Assembly (NCBI GenBank): GCA_963833985.1
Contig: CAWIAD010000001.1
Coordinates: 384,001 to 448,000 of the forward strand
Source: an uncultured Planctomycetaceae bacterium
Lineage (GTDB): Bacteria > Planctomycetota > Planctomycetia > Isosphaerales > Isosphaeraceae
Direction of reading: 5' to 3'
Length of the DNA: 64,000 bases
Shown: positions 10,549 to 21,967 of the stretch, one piece after another
Numbering within the stretch: the stretch's first letter is position 1
Layout of the letters: every line of letters begins with the position of its first letter
Made by a program: the position numbers and the translations under genes
The notes under the pieces: model-generated
The model's database searches: none
What the model saw: only the letters and a program-made list of their open reading frames with translations
What the model was told of the DNA's origin: nothing

Positions 10549-10615
10549 GGGGCGCTCCTTCTTGCGCGGACAACGGGCTGAATTGCGGATCAGTTCAGGC
10601 AGGTGGTCCTGTCAA

Positions 10616-13600
10616 TTACCCCAGCGTCACTTCCACGCACGCCAGCTCATTGGGCGTCAGGTCAAGCATGACGGAATCGCCGTCGAGGGAAAGGTCAACG
10701 ACCAGGTCGCCCTGGAAATCGATCTGTCGTGCCCAGGTCGGGTTCTGGAAGAAGCGTACCCGACAGCGCGAGGATTGCCCGGCCGTCTCCAGGAGGTGCA
10801 GCACCAATCCCCAACCCCGGCCCTCGCCGGTCGTCTCCACGAACTCGACCCGGCTGACGGCCACCGCCTTGTGGTCGACGTGCAGAAGCCAGCTGCGCGC
10901 GCCGGTTGCCGGTTCGCCCAGATCGGTGGGCACGACCGGGGTTGGCGTGACCAGGTCGAGTGCTGCCTGGAAGGGATACTCCAGGTCGAGCACCACGCCC
11001 ATGCGGAACGTCCGCCCTGTCTCGGCTCCGGCCACAAGCAACGTGTCGAGCATGCGAGCGCCGAACTTCTGGTGGTAGGCGAGGCCGCCGAAGAGCAGCG
11101 CCGTACGCTGGCGGCGGGTGGAAATGTCCAGGGCCAGCGGTGTTTCCGGACGGCTGAGCTCGGTGACCTCGGGAGTGAGCAAGACCGTTCGGCGCAGCAT
11201 CGAGCTGGCGTCGGGCCAGGCCCAGCGGCTGGCGAGGTAAACGGTCCAGGGGTCCGCACCCGCCGCGCGATCGAGCCAGCCCTGGTCAAGATCCGCCAGC
11301 GTGACTTCAATCTCCACGACCGGCCGGCCCGTCCAGAGCCGATAGCGTTGCTGGTAGCTCGCCAGCCGGGCGCCGCTGTACCGATCCACGATCGTGCCGG
11401 CCGCGGTGGCCTGCACGAGTGCGGGGCCGGCGTGGTCGATGTCGTAGCGATCCGCCTTCATCTGGCTGGAAAGAGGCTTGCCGTTTGTTTCACCCAGGCC
11501 GCTGAGCACGAGCTGCTGGGCGACCCGGGGCGTCGATTCCCCGAGGGCCATGAGGCCGCGAATCCCTCCCGTGGCCTCATCGATCTCGAGCTCGATGCTC
11601 TCGTTCTTGAGCGTTCGCCCGTGGGCGGAAAGGGCGCCGGGCTGGACGGGTGGGACTTCCAGGTTGGGTTCCGCGGGTACCCAGGCGTAGCCGAAAGCCG
11701 GCAGGTCCACGACCGCATACACGCCCGTGCCGGTGAACTGCGCTGCTCGCAGCGGTCCCTCGGGGCGAAGGTCGAGCGCTGCGTCCGGCAAGAGCACCGC
11801 GCCCCGGCGTGGCACGCCCAGCGGGTTGATCACGAGGTACCCGGGCCGGGGCGTTCTGGAGCGGCCGGAGTTCACCGCCAGGACGGCGCGTGAGAACTGC
11901 TCGGCCCAGGTCGATTCCAGCTCGGCCATGAGCGGCACCGCCGCGTCATGTTCGCCGGTCTCGATCAGTGCCTCCAGCTCCAGCGTCGCGAGCGCGCCGG
12001 GCGAGTCGGCCAGCGCACGGGCGTGCCGTCTGGCGTACTCTCCGGCGGAGCCGACGAGGGCGACGTCACGCCTGCCGCCCGGCCCACGGCCAGCGCCAGC
12101 GCCCGAACCCAGCTCAAGGCGTCGAACCGTGCACGCAGAGCGTGGTGCCGGGCCAGGCGCGAGATCGGCTCCGGATCGCGAGCGGCCGCGCCCTGGGCCA
12201 GGTACGGCGACTCGTAGAGGTCGGGATCGGGTCGGAACGTCTCGTAGGGACGGTCGGTGAGATGGAAGTAGTCGTTGAGCGTGACCCAGCGGCCGAGAAC
12301 CGGGGAGTAGGTCGCGGCCCGCCGCAGGTCTCGATACCAGGGTGCCACCGGCGCGGGCCAGTGGACCAGCGGCAATGTGGCCACGTGGTCGTTGCGCATG
12401 GTCGCCGCCATCCGCCAGGGAATCAGCAGCCCCTGCGCGGGCCGGTCCGCGGCCAGCGGGGGCCTGAGCAGCGTTTCCAGGTTGGAACCGTCGGGGCTCT
12501 CCCAGAGCCGCTTCACCTCACTTCGAACAGGGAAGCGGCCCGCGTCGAAGCCGAGGTGCAGTGCGTAGCGAAAGCCGAACCGCCTGGCGATCTGGGGAAG
12601 CTGCGTGAACAGCCCGAAGCGGCGCAGGGCAAAGGTCTCGACGTTCCGCTCCTCCAGGTGAGCGCGGTACACCTCACTACCGCGGCGGAATTGCCAGAGG
12701 ATCGACTCCAGCGGCAGGAGCGAGAGCTCGACCTCGGCATAGGGGCCGCCGGCGACGTCGGCCCAGCCGTCGCTGATTGCCTCGCGGAGCCGCTGGACTC
12801 CCTCAGGATCGCACCGGGCCTGGTCCTCCATCGACTGGGCCGGGGCCAGGAACGACACCGCGACGTGACAGTCCAGCGCCGCATCGAATGACCCGGCGGC
12901 CAGCGCGGAGTGCACCAGACAAAGGTCCACGAAGTAGGCGTCCACCGGGTAGAAACGCTCGCGGGCCTGCGTCAGCACCTCGAAGGCGGCGCGCAGCCGG
13001 TTCACGGCCGTGGTACGGTCGCAGCTCTGCCAGGCATCGGCGCCGGCGAGGACCTCGCGCGTCAGAGCCACTCGGTTGATGGCCGTTTCATGACCCATTG
13101 CCGAGGCCAGGTCGCGCAGCAGCCAGTGAGTGGCCCCAAGTGCCAGGAAGTCGTCGGCGATGGCGATCATGGCGGGATCGTCGGACGTCTCCGGGGTACC
13201 CACAGCGCCCAGGTGCTCCTGGAGCTGCGCGATCAGCAGAGCCCGGTCCGGCGCCGCCTCGAGTAGAATGGCCCCTGAATCCTCGGCCTGGGTTCGATAG
13301 CCCGAGGGCAGGCGGTCGAACTGTCCCGGCGGCAGCACGCGCAGCTCGCGCGGGCCCGGCGCGGAAGGGCTCTCGACCGGCTCGACCGCCGGCAGCTCGG
13401 ACGCGCGTGCCAGCAGCGACGGATGCCAGAGCGCGGAGACCGCACTCCAGATGGCCCCGGCGAGAGACTGGTCCAGGTCGGCCGGAGGCTCCTGGACGTG
13501 GTACGGTACCAGGGCGGTCAGCTTCCAGCCGCTCCGGGGCGGGGGTGCCTCGGCCTCCGGCTGGGTTGATGAGTCCGCATCCTCCGGGGGTGGCGGGACG

Positions 13601-13761
13601 TGGAATTCAGCCGGGCTGACCGCGGGATCGTCCCTCTGGAACGCCCCCTCCAGGTCCGCGGGAGCGGTGGCCGGAATGCTGGTCTGCGCCGCGGGATGGG
13701 AGCCGGCCGCGTCATCGGCTGTGGGCTGGTCATCTCCGGTATCCGAAGCCGCTGAGTTCAT
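10616..13761 (-). CDS. Large GH38 (alpha-mannosidase)-like protein, frameshifted at ~11970
   Basis: ORFs 11965..13761 and 10616..11938 are contiguous. INPLG..R..V.LPAFGY and HLLETAG..WARQIDF..L.PNE resemble the GH38 C-terminal architecture. Confidence 0.6.
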
Positions 13762-13765
13762 TCGA

Positions 13766-14521
13766 TCAGACTCCGAGCGCGTTCTTGAGCTCGCGGAGCT
13801 CGGCGGCGAGAGCCTCGCATTGTTTCCGCAGCACGTCGACATCGCCGCGAAGTGCGGCGATCTCGGTGCTCCACGCCGGTGCCAGGGCAGCCGCCGTGAG
13901 CTCGCCTCGCGCGGCCGACATCCGCACGGAGGCATCCTCGTCGCCGCCGGCAGCGTCGCTGGAGGCAAAGGCCAGCCGCACCTTCTCGAGCTCCTCGGGC
14001 GGATACAGCCCGTGCGTGAGCATGACACCACGCTTTTGACCCGGGGGCGAAAGGTAGACGACCAGCCCGCGCGGCACGAGCGCCTCCAGGATGGATTGCA
14101 GCGCGGCCAGGTCCGGAAGCGGCTCCATGCGGCTGACATGCGCCCGCAGCTCGCCTTCGGTCTGCGGACCGCGGAGCAAGAGATCGATGATCACGGCAAG
14201 CTCGGCCTTGCTGACCTTGAGCCATTCGTAGAGCGTGTGCTTCCACTTCGGCACGCGGCCGCTGGCGGTCTCCACCACAATCGTCGCGCCCTTCTTGCGA
14301 AGGCCATGCAGTGCGTCCTCGACGTCGTCCTGATCGTAGTTCGTGATCGGATCCCGGTTGCTCTTCTGGTTGCATCCGGCGACGACTGCCGCGACCGTGA
14401 GCGGATAGTACTCGGGCGTTGTCTTGCCCTTCTCGGCGAGCACTCCCACCACCCGCCGCTCGCGGGGCGAAAGAGGCACCCAGACCGCCCCCGGTCCACT
14501 CGTCGCTGCACTCTCGCTCAT
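13766..14521 (-). CDS. DUF480 (YceH-like) protein
   Basis: RVVGVLAEK..TTPEYYPLT..CNQKSNRDP and LLLRGPQTEGELR. Confidence 0.92.
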   Translation of the reverse strand: MSESAATSGPGAVWVPLSPRERRVVGVLAEKGKTTPEYYPLTVAAVVAGCNQKSNRDPITNYDQDDVEDALHGLRKKGATIVVETASGRVPKWKHTLYEWLKVSKAELAVIIDLLLRGPQTEGELRAHVSRMEPLPDLAALQSILEALVPRGLVVYLSPPGQKRGVMLTHGLYPPEELEKVRLAFASSDAAGGDEDASVRMSAARGELTAAALAPAWSTEIAALRGDVDVLRKQCEALAAELRELKNALGV

Positions 14522-14588
14522 GGTTCGTCCGATCCACGCACTCGCTGCCGAGACACCGTTTCGTACCAGCCTTCCGCCCGGCGTACCC

Positions 14589-15107
14589 TCACGGCAGCTC
14601 GAGCCGGAGGGTCTCGCTGATCCGGTTGGTGAAGTTGGCCAGTGCCACCGTCACGGCCAGCTCGACCATCTGCTGTTCCGTCAGCTTCTGCTTGAGCCGA
14701 TCGGCCAGCTCATCGCTGAGGATCACGTTGCGGGTCACCTCGTCGGCATACTGAAGCACGTCGCTCTGCAACTCATCGTAGATTTCGGAGCTTGCATAGC
14801 TGTCGGTCTCGTTCAACTGGCGCTCGTCGAGCCCCGCCTTCTTCCCCGCCTTCTTGTGATGTTGCAGGCAATAGCCGCAGCTATTGATCTCGGACGCCCG
14901 AATGTAGGCCAGCTCGCGCAGCTTGGGATCAAGCGTCATCCGGCCCAGGGCCCCGTTCATGGCGATGAAACTCTCGAGCAGCTCGGGGCTATGCGCCAGG
15001 ACCCTCAGGAAGTTGGGCACCTCGTGCCCACGGCCTTCAACCCGCTCGAAATGCGGCCGGATGCTCTCGGCGGCTTCCGACGTCTTCACGTAGCTGACAA
15101 GCGCCAT
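14589..15107 (-). CDS. Carboxymuconolactone decarboxylase / AhpD family peroxidase
   Basis: LRELAYIRASEINSCGYCLQHH motif. Confidence 0.9.
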   Translation of the reverse strand: MALVSYVKTSEAAESIRPHFERVEGRGHEVPNFLRVLAHSPELLESFIAMNGALGRMTLDPKLRELAYIRASEINSCGYCLQHHKKAGKKAGLDERQLNETDSYASSEIYDELQSDVLQYADEVTRNVILSDELADRLKQKLTEQQMVELAVTVALANFTNRISETLRLELP

Positions 15108-15125
15108 CGATGATGCCCCTCGGTG

Positions 15126-15389
15126 CTACAGGATCCTCGCTTCTCGTCCCGTCCGCCCAGATCTCATCGGACCATCGTAGCCGTCGGCAAGCCGTGCATT
15201 CAAGGCTGCCTCCGACCCCCGGCGGGCACGGTGACCGAACAGGTACCGTTCCGGGACGGGTACGAATCCGCGGCAAACCTTATCATCAAGCGTGATTCGC
15301 TGGCTCGGAACCCAGATCCGATCCTGCCGCTTCATGGGGAATGGGAAGACCTGCTCGTCGGCCATCAGCCCAACAGTCAGGTCAGCCAT
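15126..15389 (-). CDS. Small hypothetical protein
   Basis: ATG-started 87-aa ORF filling the gap in a minus-strand gene run; no motif recognised. Confidence 0.4.
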   Translation of the reverse strand: MADLTVGLMADEQVFPFPMKRQDRIWVPSQRITLDDKVCRGFVPVPERYLFGHRARRGSEAALNARLADGYDGPMRSGRTGREARIL

Positions 15390-15459
15390 GGCAGACCGTT
15401 GATCGGCCGAGCACGCCGGGGTGGGGGCATCTCGGCCCGGCCGGCACGAATGTGTGTCC

Positions 15460-16245
15460 TCAGATTTGCTTCAGCTTCTGGACGATCGCGGTGAAGTGCC
15501 CCGCGGGATCACGGCCCGGCTCCGGCCAGACGGTCAGGAAGCCGCCGTAGCCGATCTCTTCCAGGGCACCCAGATACTCCACCCAGTCGAGCGTACCGGC
15601 CGCGAATCCGAAGCCCCGTGGATTGGCAACCGCGGCGCGGGCCTGATGGGTGGCATCGCCGGCATAGGCGTGTGCCACCCAGGGCGCCAGCTCGCGGCAG
15701 GCCTGTGCCGGGTCGATCCCCGCCGGGAGCAAGCTCGCCGGATCGATGCTGGCGGCCAGGCCGCGTGCGTTCATCTCGTTGAGGAAGCCGCTCAGGACGT
15801 GTCCGGCCTCGGCGCCGGTCTCCAGGGCCAGGCGTACTCCGCGGTGATCGGCACGCTCCGCGAGGCCCGCCAGCGCGGTCGTGAACGCCTCCCGGCGCAC
15901 CGGGTCTTCCTGCGGGGGGACCTGTCCGGCTCGAGCCAGCACCAGCCCGGTCCCCAGCTCGTAAGCCAGTGCGAAGGCCGAGTCCGCCCGGCGGAGGCGG
16001 TCCTCCAGCTGCTCGGACGTATCAAAGCCTCTCCGCGTGGGAAGGCCCACGGCGATGAGCGACAGCTCCATCGTGCGCAGCATGTGCCGCAGCTCGCGCC
16101 GGCCTGTTTCGCCCAGGCGCTGGGGTGCCAGGTCGCCGACGGCGTCAAGCACCACACCCCGCGCGCCCAGCCGCGCGGCCTGTTCGATCTGATCGCGGAC
16201 GGGACGACTGGCATCGATCCGCAAGCCCAGTGCATGGCGAATCAT
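15460..16245 (-). CDS. Sugar phosphate isomerase/epimerase
   Basis: GVRLALETG, IDPA, GTLDW..L.EIGY.GFLTV. Confidence 0.85.
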   Translation of the reverse strand: MIRHALGLRIDASRPVRDQIEQAARLGARGVVLDAVGDLAPQRLGETGRRELRHMLRTMELSLIAVGLPTRRGFDTSEQLEDRLRRADSAFALAYELGTGLVLARAGQVPPQEDPVRREAFTTALAGLAERADHRGVRLALETGAEAGHVLSGFLNEMNARGLAASIDPASLLPAGIDPAQACRELAPWVAHAYAGDATHQARAAVANPRGFGFAAGTLDWVEYLGALEEIGYGGFLTVWPEPGRDPAGHFTAIVQKLKQI

Positions 16246-16397
16246 CGCGGGAGGATCCTCTGCTGAAGTCTCTGTGCCGGCGGGCGTTCCCGGACTACGA
16301 TTGTCGCGCGAGAGCATGGGTTGAAGCAATCCGAGAGATCGAGGATGATCAGGAAACGCTCGGTTCGGAAGACCCCCGCAACCTTCGAGGAACTCGT

Positions 16398-17846
16398 TTG
16401 AACACCAAGACGGCTCGGGCCCTGCCCGCAGTCGCCACTCAGGTCCTGGATGTTCCCGCCCACCGCCTGGCGTCGGTCATTGGCGGCTGGCCGCAGCCGG
16501 CGATTCTGGCCAGCGGTGCCAGCTTCGGCGCGGCTGGCCGCTACACCATTCTGGCCGCCTTTCCCCGCCTGGTGCTCGAAGGCACCGATCAATCCTGGCG
16601 GATCGTGACCGATTCCGGCAAGTCGCAGCAGGGCGTGGGAGATCCGCTCGCGGCACTGGCACGTCTGGCAGAGCGGTTCGACCTGGGAGGAACGTCGGAG
16701 CCTGACGAAGGAAGCGCCGGGCCGGACGACGTCCCCTTCCAGGGCGGCTTGATCGGTTTCCTGGGCTACGACCTCGCTCCTCGGCTGGAGCGGTTGCCCC
16801 GACGACACCCACGGGACTCGCGTCTGCCCGATCTCCGGTTCGGGCTCCATGACACGGCCGTGATCGTCGACCACCGCACCGGCGAGGCGGTGCTCCATTC
16901 TTGGGACCTCACCGGCGAAGGGGCGGATGCCACCCGGCGGCGGGCGCGGTCGTGGAGGCGGGCCATTCACGACGCGCTGGCCGCTCCGCCCAGAGTCCCT
17001 CGATCGCGGCTCGGGCCTCTGGTCGGCAGCATCGACCCGCCGGCTTACCTGGAGTGCATCCGGCGAGCCCTCGCGTACATTGCCGCGGGCGACATCTTCC
17101 AGGTCAACCTCTCGCAACGGTTCACGGCCCGGGGCACCGTCGCGCCGCTCGATCTTTTCCTGCGGCTGCAATCCGCCAGCCCGGCACCTTATTCTACGTT
17201 TCTGGGGTGGGATGATTTCGCCGTGATTTCTGCCAGCCCCGAGCTGTTCTACCGGACCCGCGGACGCTCCGTGATCACCCGGCCCATCAAGGGAACCCGC
17301 CCCCGGGACAGGGACCCCGACACGGACCGCCGGCTGGCGTCCGAGCTGGCCAGCGCGGCGAAGGACCGTGCGGAGCTGACCATGATCGTGGACCTGGAGC
17401 GCAACGACCTGGGGCGGGTTTGCGAGTATGGAACCGTGCAGGTGATCGACCCGCTGGCCGTCGAATCGTTCGCCCAGGTCCACCACCTGGTGGCCACCGT
17501 CGAGGGACGGCTCCGCGCCGCCGTCCGGCCGGTGGACCTTATCCGCGCCGTGTTCCCCGGAGGATCGATCACGGGCGCCCCCAAGATCCGTGCCATGGAG
17601 ATCATCGACGAGCTGGAACCATTGCGGCGCAGTCTCTACACCGGCGCCATCGGCTACCTCAGCCGGGGAAGCTCGAGCGAGTTCAACATTGCGATCCGGA
17701 CCTTGCTCGTGGACGGACCAGCGGTGAGCTACCAGGTCGGCGGCGGGATCGTCGCCGATTCGGACCCTCAGAGCGAACTGGAAGAGACGCTGCACAAGGG
17801 CAGGGGCCTGCGTGCGGTGATCGAGGAAGGGGACGCGTGGGCATGA
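16398..17846 (+). CDS. pabB: Aminodeoxychorismate synthase component I
   Basis: GDIFQVNLSQRF, SPELF, RPIKGTRPR, KDRAELTMIVDLERNDL and GGSITGAPKIRAM. TTG start follows a GAGGA RBS. Confidence 0.92.
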   Translation: MNTKTARALPAVATQVLDVPAHRLASVIGGWPQPAILASGASFGAAGRYTILAAFPRLVLEGTDQSWRIVTDSGKSQQGVGDPLAALARLAERFDLGGTSEPDEGSAGPDDVPFQGGLIGFLGYDLAPRLERLPRRHPRDSRLPDLRFGLHDTAVIVDHRTGEAVLHSWDLTGEGADATRRRARSWRRAIHDALAAPPRVPRSRLGPLVGSIDPPAYLECIRRALAYIAAGDIFQVNLSQRFTARGTVAPLDLFLRLQSASPAPYSTFLGWDDFAVISASPELFYRTRGRSVITRPIKGTRPRDRDPDTDRRLASELASAAKDRAELTMIVDLERNDLGRVCEYGTVQVIDPLAVESFAQVHHLVATVEGRLRAAVRPVDLIRAVFPGGSITGAPKIRAMEIIDELEPLRRSLYTGAIGYLSRGSSSEFNIAIRTLLVDGPAVSYQVGGGIVADSDPQSELEETLHKGRGLRAVIEEGDAWA

Positions 17847-18694
17847 TCTGGGTACGCGGGCAGATCGTCGCCGATGAGGCGCTGTCAGTCAGCGTGCTCG
17901 ACCGCACGTTCGAGCACGGGCTCGGGCTATTTGAAACTTTCAGGACCTGGAACAGCCGGCCGACCCTGCTTCCCCGCCATCTTGATCGCCTCACTCGCTC
18001 CGCGGCCGAACTCGGCGTGCCCTGCGACCGCGAGGCCCTGCCGGACGCCCGTGCGGTGCAAAGCTTGCTCGAGGCCGATGGCCGTCAGGGCGATGCCATG
18101 CTGCGGATCACGCTCAGCGGAGGGCTCTCGGAATCCGCTGGCTCGACACTCTGGATGCGTTCCTTCGAGCTGCCTCCGTCCTCGCCGGCAGGCATTGTTC
18201 TTGGTCCGGCCGGCCTGGCGCGGGTTGACATGCTGGCCCGACACAAGACCCTCAACTACTGGCCCAATCGGATTCTCTACCAGACCGCGCGCGACGGCGG
18301 GTTCGACGAGGCCTTGACCCTTTCGCCAGATGGGCACGTGTGGGAGGGGAGCCGCTCCAACCTGTTTCTGGTCATGGAGAATGAGCTCATCACTCCGCCC
18401 TCGACGGGCAAGCTCCTGCCTGGAATCATGCGCGCGGTGATCCTCGAGCGAGCGCCGATGCTCGGGCTCGAGGTCCGCGAGACGCCCTTCAGCCTGCTCG
18501 ACCGGCTGCTGGCGCCCGAGGAGATCTTTCTCTGCAACTCCGTGCGCGGCATCATGCCGGTTCATCGCTGGGGCGAGGCGGAATACCCTGCGCCGGACCG
18601 GTCACCGGGCGGCTCTGGAACGACATCTCCGGCTGGCTGGCGATGGAGGGAGCGCGCACATGAGGAACGTGGCCGAGGTGGTGCGCTGGCTTGA
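17843..18694 (+). CDS. pabC: Class IV aminotransferase / aminodeoxychorismate lyase; probable frameshift at ~18595, true end ~18663
   Basis: GLGLFETFR, HKTLNY, EGSRSNLF, LLPGIMR and FLCNSVRG; ATGA-coupled to pabB. Confidence 0.8.
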   Translation: MIWVRGQIVADEALSVSVLDRTFEHGLGLFETFRTWNSRPTLLPRHLDRLTRSAAELGVPCDREALPDARAVQSLLEADGRQGDAMLRITLSGGLSESAGSTLWMRSFELPPSSPAGIVLGPAGLARVDMLARHKTLNYWPNRILYQTARDGGFDEALTLSPDGHVWEGSRSNLFLVMENELITPPSTGKLLPGIMRAVILERAPMLGLEVRETPFSLLDRLLAPEEIFLCNSVRGIMPVHRWGEAEYPAPDRSPGGSGTTSPAGWRWRERAHEERGRGGALA

Positions 18695-19814
18695 AGAGTT
18701 CGCACCCGCCAGCCTGGCGGAGCCCTGGGACAACGTCGGCCTGCTGTGGGGCGATCCCGCAGCCGCGGTGGACCGCGTCATGACCTGCCTGACCGTGACC
18801 GGGCCGACCGCCGAGGAGGCCATCGCCGAAAAGGCGGAACTGATCGTGAGCCACCACCCGGTCCTGTTCCGCGCGCTCAAACGGGTCCGCGCCGATCTGC
18901 CGGCGACGGCGCCGCTGTGGAGCCTGGCACGAGCCGGCATCGCCGTGGCCAGTCCGCACACGTCGTTTGATAATACCGCAGGCGGCATCAACGACGGTCT
19001 GTGCCGCCGGCTCAGCCTGGCAGACGTGGTCCCGCTCCGTCCGCTGCCCGGCACGGGTTCCTGCAAGGTGGTGGTCTTCACACCCGAAAGTGACCAGGCC
19101 GCCGTGCTGGACGCAGTCTTCGAGGCGGGGGCGGGACGGATCGGCGCCTACCGGGAATGCTCCTTCAGCAGCCCCGGCCAGGGCACGTTCTTCGGCACCG
19201 AGGAGACCACTCCCTCGGTGGGCCAGAAAGGCCAGCGGGAGCGCGCCGCGGAGCTCCGTCTCGAAGTCCTTTGCCCTGCGCCGCGGCTGGACGCCGTGCT
19301 CCGGGCCATTCGCGCGAGCCACTCCTACGAGGAGCCAGCCATTGACGTCTATCCGCTTCAGCAGGCCGGTCCTGGACCCGGATCGGGCCGCATGGGAACC
19401 TACGCGGAGCCGAGAAGCCTGCACGAGTTCGCCGGCCTGGTGACGCGCGCCCTGGGACACGTTCCGGTCCAGATGGTCGGCGACCCCCGGAAGCCGGTTC
19501 GCCGCGTGGCGGTGGCGTGCGGCGCGGGGGACGATTTCCTGGGCGATGCCGTGGCGGCTGGAGCCGACGTGCTGCTCACCGGAGAAGCGCGGTTCCACCG
19601 CGCAATCGAGGCGGAAGCGCTCGATATTGGCCTCATCCTCGCCGGCCACCACGCCACCGAGCGCCCGGGCGTGGAGGATCTTGCCGAACAGATCGCCCGT
19701 GCGTTCCCCGACCTGACGGTCTGGCCGAGCCTCCAGGAGCGCGATCCCTTGCATTGGATCGACGCCGGTGAACCGCCCTCCGCGAGTTCGGCAAGAACGA
19801 TTCCGAATGTGTGA
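18660..19814 (+). CDS. Nif3-like dinuclear metal centre protein with PII-like insert
   Basis: WDNVGLL, SHHPVLF, HTSFD, HSYEEPAIDVYPL and GHHATERPG. Confidence 0.93.
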   Translation: MRNVAEVVRWLEEFAPASLAEPWDNVGLLWGDPAAAVDRVMTCLTVTGPTAEEAIAEKAELIVSHHPVLFRALKRVRADLPATAPLWSLARAGIAVASPHTSFDNTAGGINDGLCRRLSLADVVPLRPLPGTGSCKVVVFTPESDQAAVLDAVFEAGAGRIGAYRECSFSSPGQGTFFGTEETTPSVGQKGQRERAAELRLEVLCPAPRLDAVLRAIRASHSYEEPAIDVYPLQQAGPGPGSGRMGTYAEPRSLHEFAGLVTRALGHVPVQMVGDPRKPVRRVAVACGAGDDFLGDAVAAGADVLLTGEARFHRAIEAEALDIGLILAGHHATERPGVEDLAEQIARAFPDLTVWPSLQERDPLHWIDAGEPPSASSARTIPNV

Positions 19815-19907
19815 CCGACGGCCCTTCGGTTGCCGTTCGAATGCTGCCATCGAGCGGAGGCGGTCGCACACTCCACCACCATCTTGAGACGAATCCGGCC
19901 CGCGCAA

Positions 19908-19936
19908 CAAAAACCCCCCGGGGAAATCCGGGGGGA
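19908..19936 (-). terminator. Rho-independent terminator of the 20013..20444 gene
   Basis: CCCCCCGG-loop-CCGGGGGG stem, preceded on + by an A-run (U-tract on the minus strand). Confidence 0.6.
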
Positions 19937-20012
19937 AGAAAGAACGGAGAGTGCAAAACCCTGAGAGAACCCGCGGACGGCCCCGCGGCCCGGGGTTACG
20001 GCACCCGGCGAG

Positions 20013-20444
20013 TCACTTCTTCTTGGCCTTCGGGCCGCTCGTCGTCTCCTCGGTTTCTTCCGTGATCTCGGCGTCGACGTCGGCGTCGGCCTCCGCGTCG
20101 GCCTCCGGCACCACGTCCACCTCGGCTTCGGCTTCCACCTCGGCTTCGGCCTCTACTTCAGCTTCCACTTCGGCAGAACTTCCTTTGCCGGTGCGGGTGG
20201 CTGGAACGCTCAGATACATCTGATGCTCCCACTGCCCCGACCAGAACTGCCCGGCCCATCGCTGCAAGGAGATGGCGCGGACCGTGGGCCGATCCTCATC
20301 GCGAATCACTTCACCCCACGCCCCCGCATACGCCGCACGCACCTGCGAGGAACTCTCGCCCACGCAGAGCAACCGCTCGCCATTGGGAGCCAGGCAAGCG
20401 ACGGCTCGCCAGTCTTGCGCACCACTCGATCCACTGCTCATCAT
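20013..20444 (-). CDS. Hypothetical protein with an acidic AEVE/AEAE low-complexity tail
   Basis: Trp-containing N-terminal domain, repetitive acidic tail, KAKKK end, downstream terminator. Confidence 0.75.
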   Translation of the reverse strand: MMSSGSSGAQDWRAVACLAPNGERLLCVGESSSQVRAAYAGAWGEVIRDEDRPTVRAISLQRWAGQFWSGQWEHQMYLSVPATRTGKGSSAEVEAEVEAEAEVEAEAEVDVVPEADAEADADVDAEITEETEETTSGPKAKKK

Positions 20445-20957
20445 TGTTTATCCCCGCCCGGCACTCGCGTGTGATTCGAGCGCTCAACCTGGTCATCAAG
20501 ATGACGTGGCGCCGGGTCTTGAACCAACCTCAAATTCTGGATCTTACCGTCAACCTGTGATTCGTCATTCCGGGTTCGCCGCCGTGATCATTTATCCACG
20601 GATGCAATCGCAGTAAGTCATGATCGGGCTCACGATGGACGAACCATCGCGAAGGCCCGTATCCGCGACCAATCGGTAGAAGGGCGAAGGGCGGGCAACA
20701 GCGGGATGAAGGACACAGGGCAAGGCAACGACGACTCGTCCTGTGGGCGAGCGGCGATTCCCCTGCCAAAGACCGCTCACTCTCGAAGTCAACGATAGAA
20801 TTGTATCGTTTTCAAGAAGCCCCGGCGAATGAAATCAGGAAAAAAACTCCCAAAGTTTCTGAAGGATATCGGCCTGCGTTTTCCCGTGCGCTGGCCGTCG
20901 AGCGGGTTCCCGGCCGCACATGATGGCGACTTCAGGGCCGCCTCACACGAGGAAACC

Positions 20958-21967
20958 TTAGCGACTTTCTCCACTCCCCGGTGCAAGCCTCAGGAGTACT
21001 TTGCCACCCCGGGCCGGCGCATCGGCCTGCGCGCGGCCTCCGCAACCTGGTCCAGGCTGAAGACGGAGCCAATTCCGGAGCTGAGCACGTCCTGGCGGAT
21101 GAGGGCCGCGATCTCGCGGAAGAGCATGAGCAGCGACGGGATCGATCGATCGCGCATCCAGTGTCCTAGCCAGAACCCCTCGATGACCTTGCGGCCGGCG
21201 ATCAGGTGGCGGGGATCGATGCCGATGGGTTCTCCCGAGAGCGTGCCGTAGACGACCATGCGTCCGCCCGGCCCCAGCGAGCGGAACACCCCGGCGCCGG
21301 TCTCGCCGCCAACCGGGTCCAGGGCGTAGCGAACGCCGTCCTCGCCGACAATCCGCAGCACCTGCTCGTCGATCGGCCCCTCCGACGAGCTGATCACCGC
21401 GTCGCCACCGAGGCGGGCCAGCTCCTCCCTGGCTTCCGATCGACGCACGACATTGAGGGTCTTGAAGCCGTCGTGGCGGCCCAGCTTGATGATCATCTTC
21501 CCCAGCGTCGAGCCGGCCGCGGATTGCAGCAGCCACTGGCCCCTGGGCACCCGCAGCACGTGCCGCACGAGTGCCAGCACGGTGGCCGGGTTCACGAAGA
21601 ACGCGGCCGCCTGGTCGTCGGGGATCTCCGTAGGGATGGGACGGGCCTGGCGCGCCGGGATCACCGCGTATTCCGCCCAGTTGCCTCCGGCCGAGTTGAT
21701 CGCCGCCACGCGCTTGCCTTCCACCCAGCGGCCCAGGATGCCCGGACCGGCCTTGTCCACGATGCCCACGCCCTCGAAGCCCGGCGTGGCCGGCAGCCGG
21801 GGCAGCACACCATAGCGGCCGCGCACAACCAGCAGATCCGAAGGGTTCACCGGAGTGGCGATCATGCGCACGCGCACCTCGCCGGGGCCCGGCTCGGGAA
21901 GCGGAACTTCGCGAACCCCCAGAACCTCGGACGGCTCACCAAACCTGTCGAACACGGCGGCTTTCAT
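20958..21967 (-). CDS. Zn-independent MDR family oxidoreductase (enoyl reductase/quinone reductase-like), frameshift at ~21025
   Basis: PVNPSDL, PGFEGVG, VNPAT and QSAAGSTLG; the terminal GKVLL is in the 20958 frame. Confidence 0.85.

Noticed and set aside
20592..20600. DnaA-box-like TTATCCACG
   Set aside because: Single imperfect copy with no cluster or origin-associated genes.
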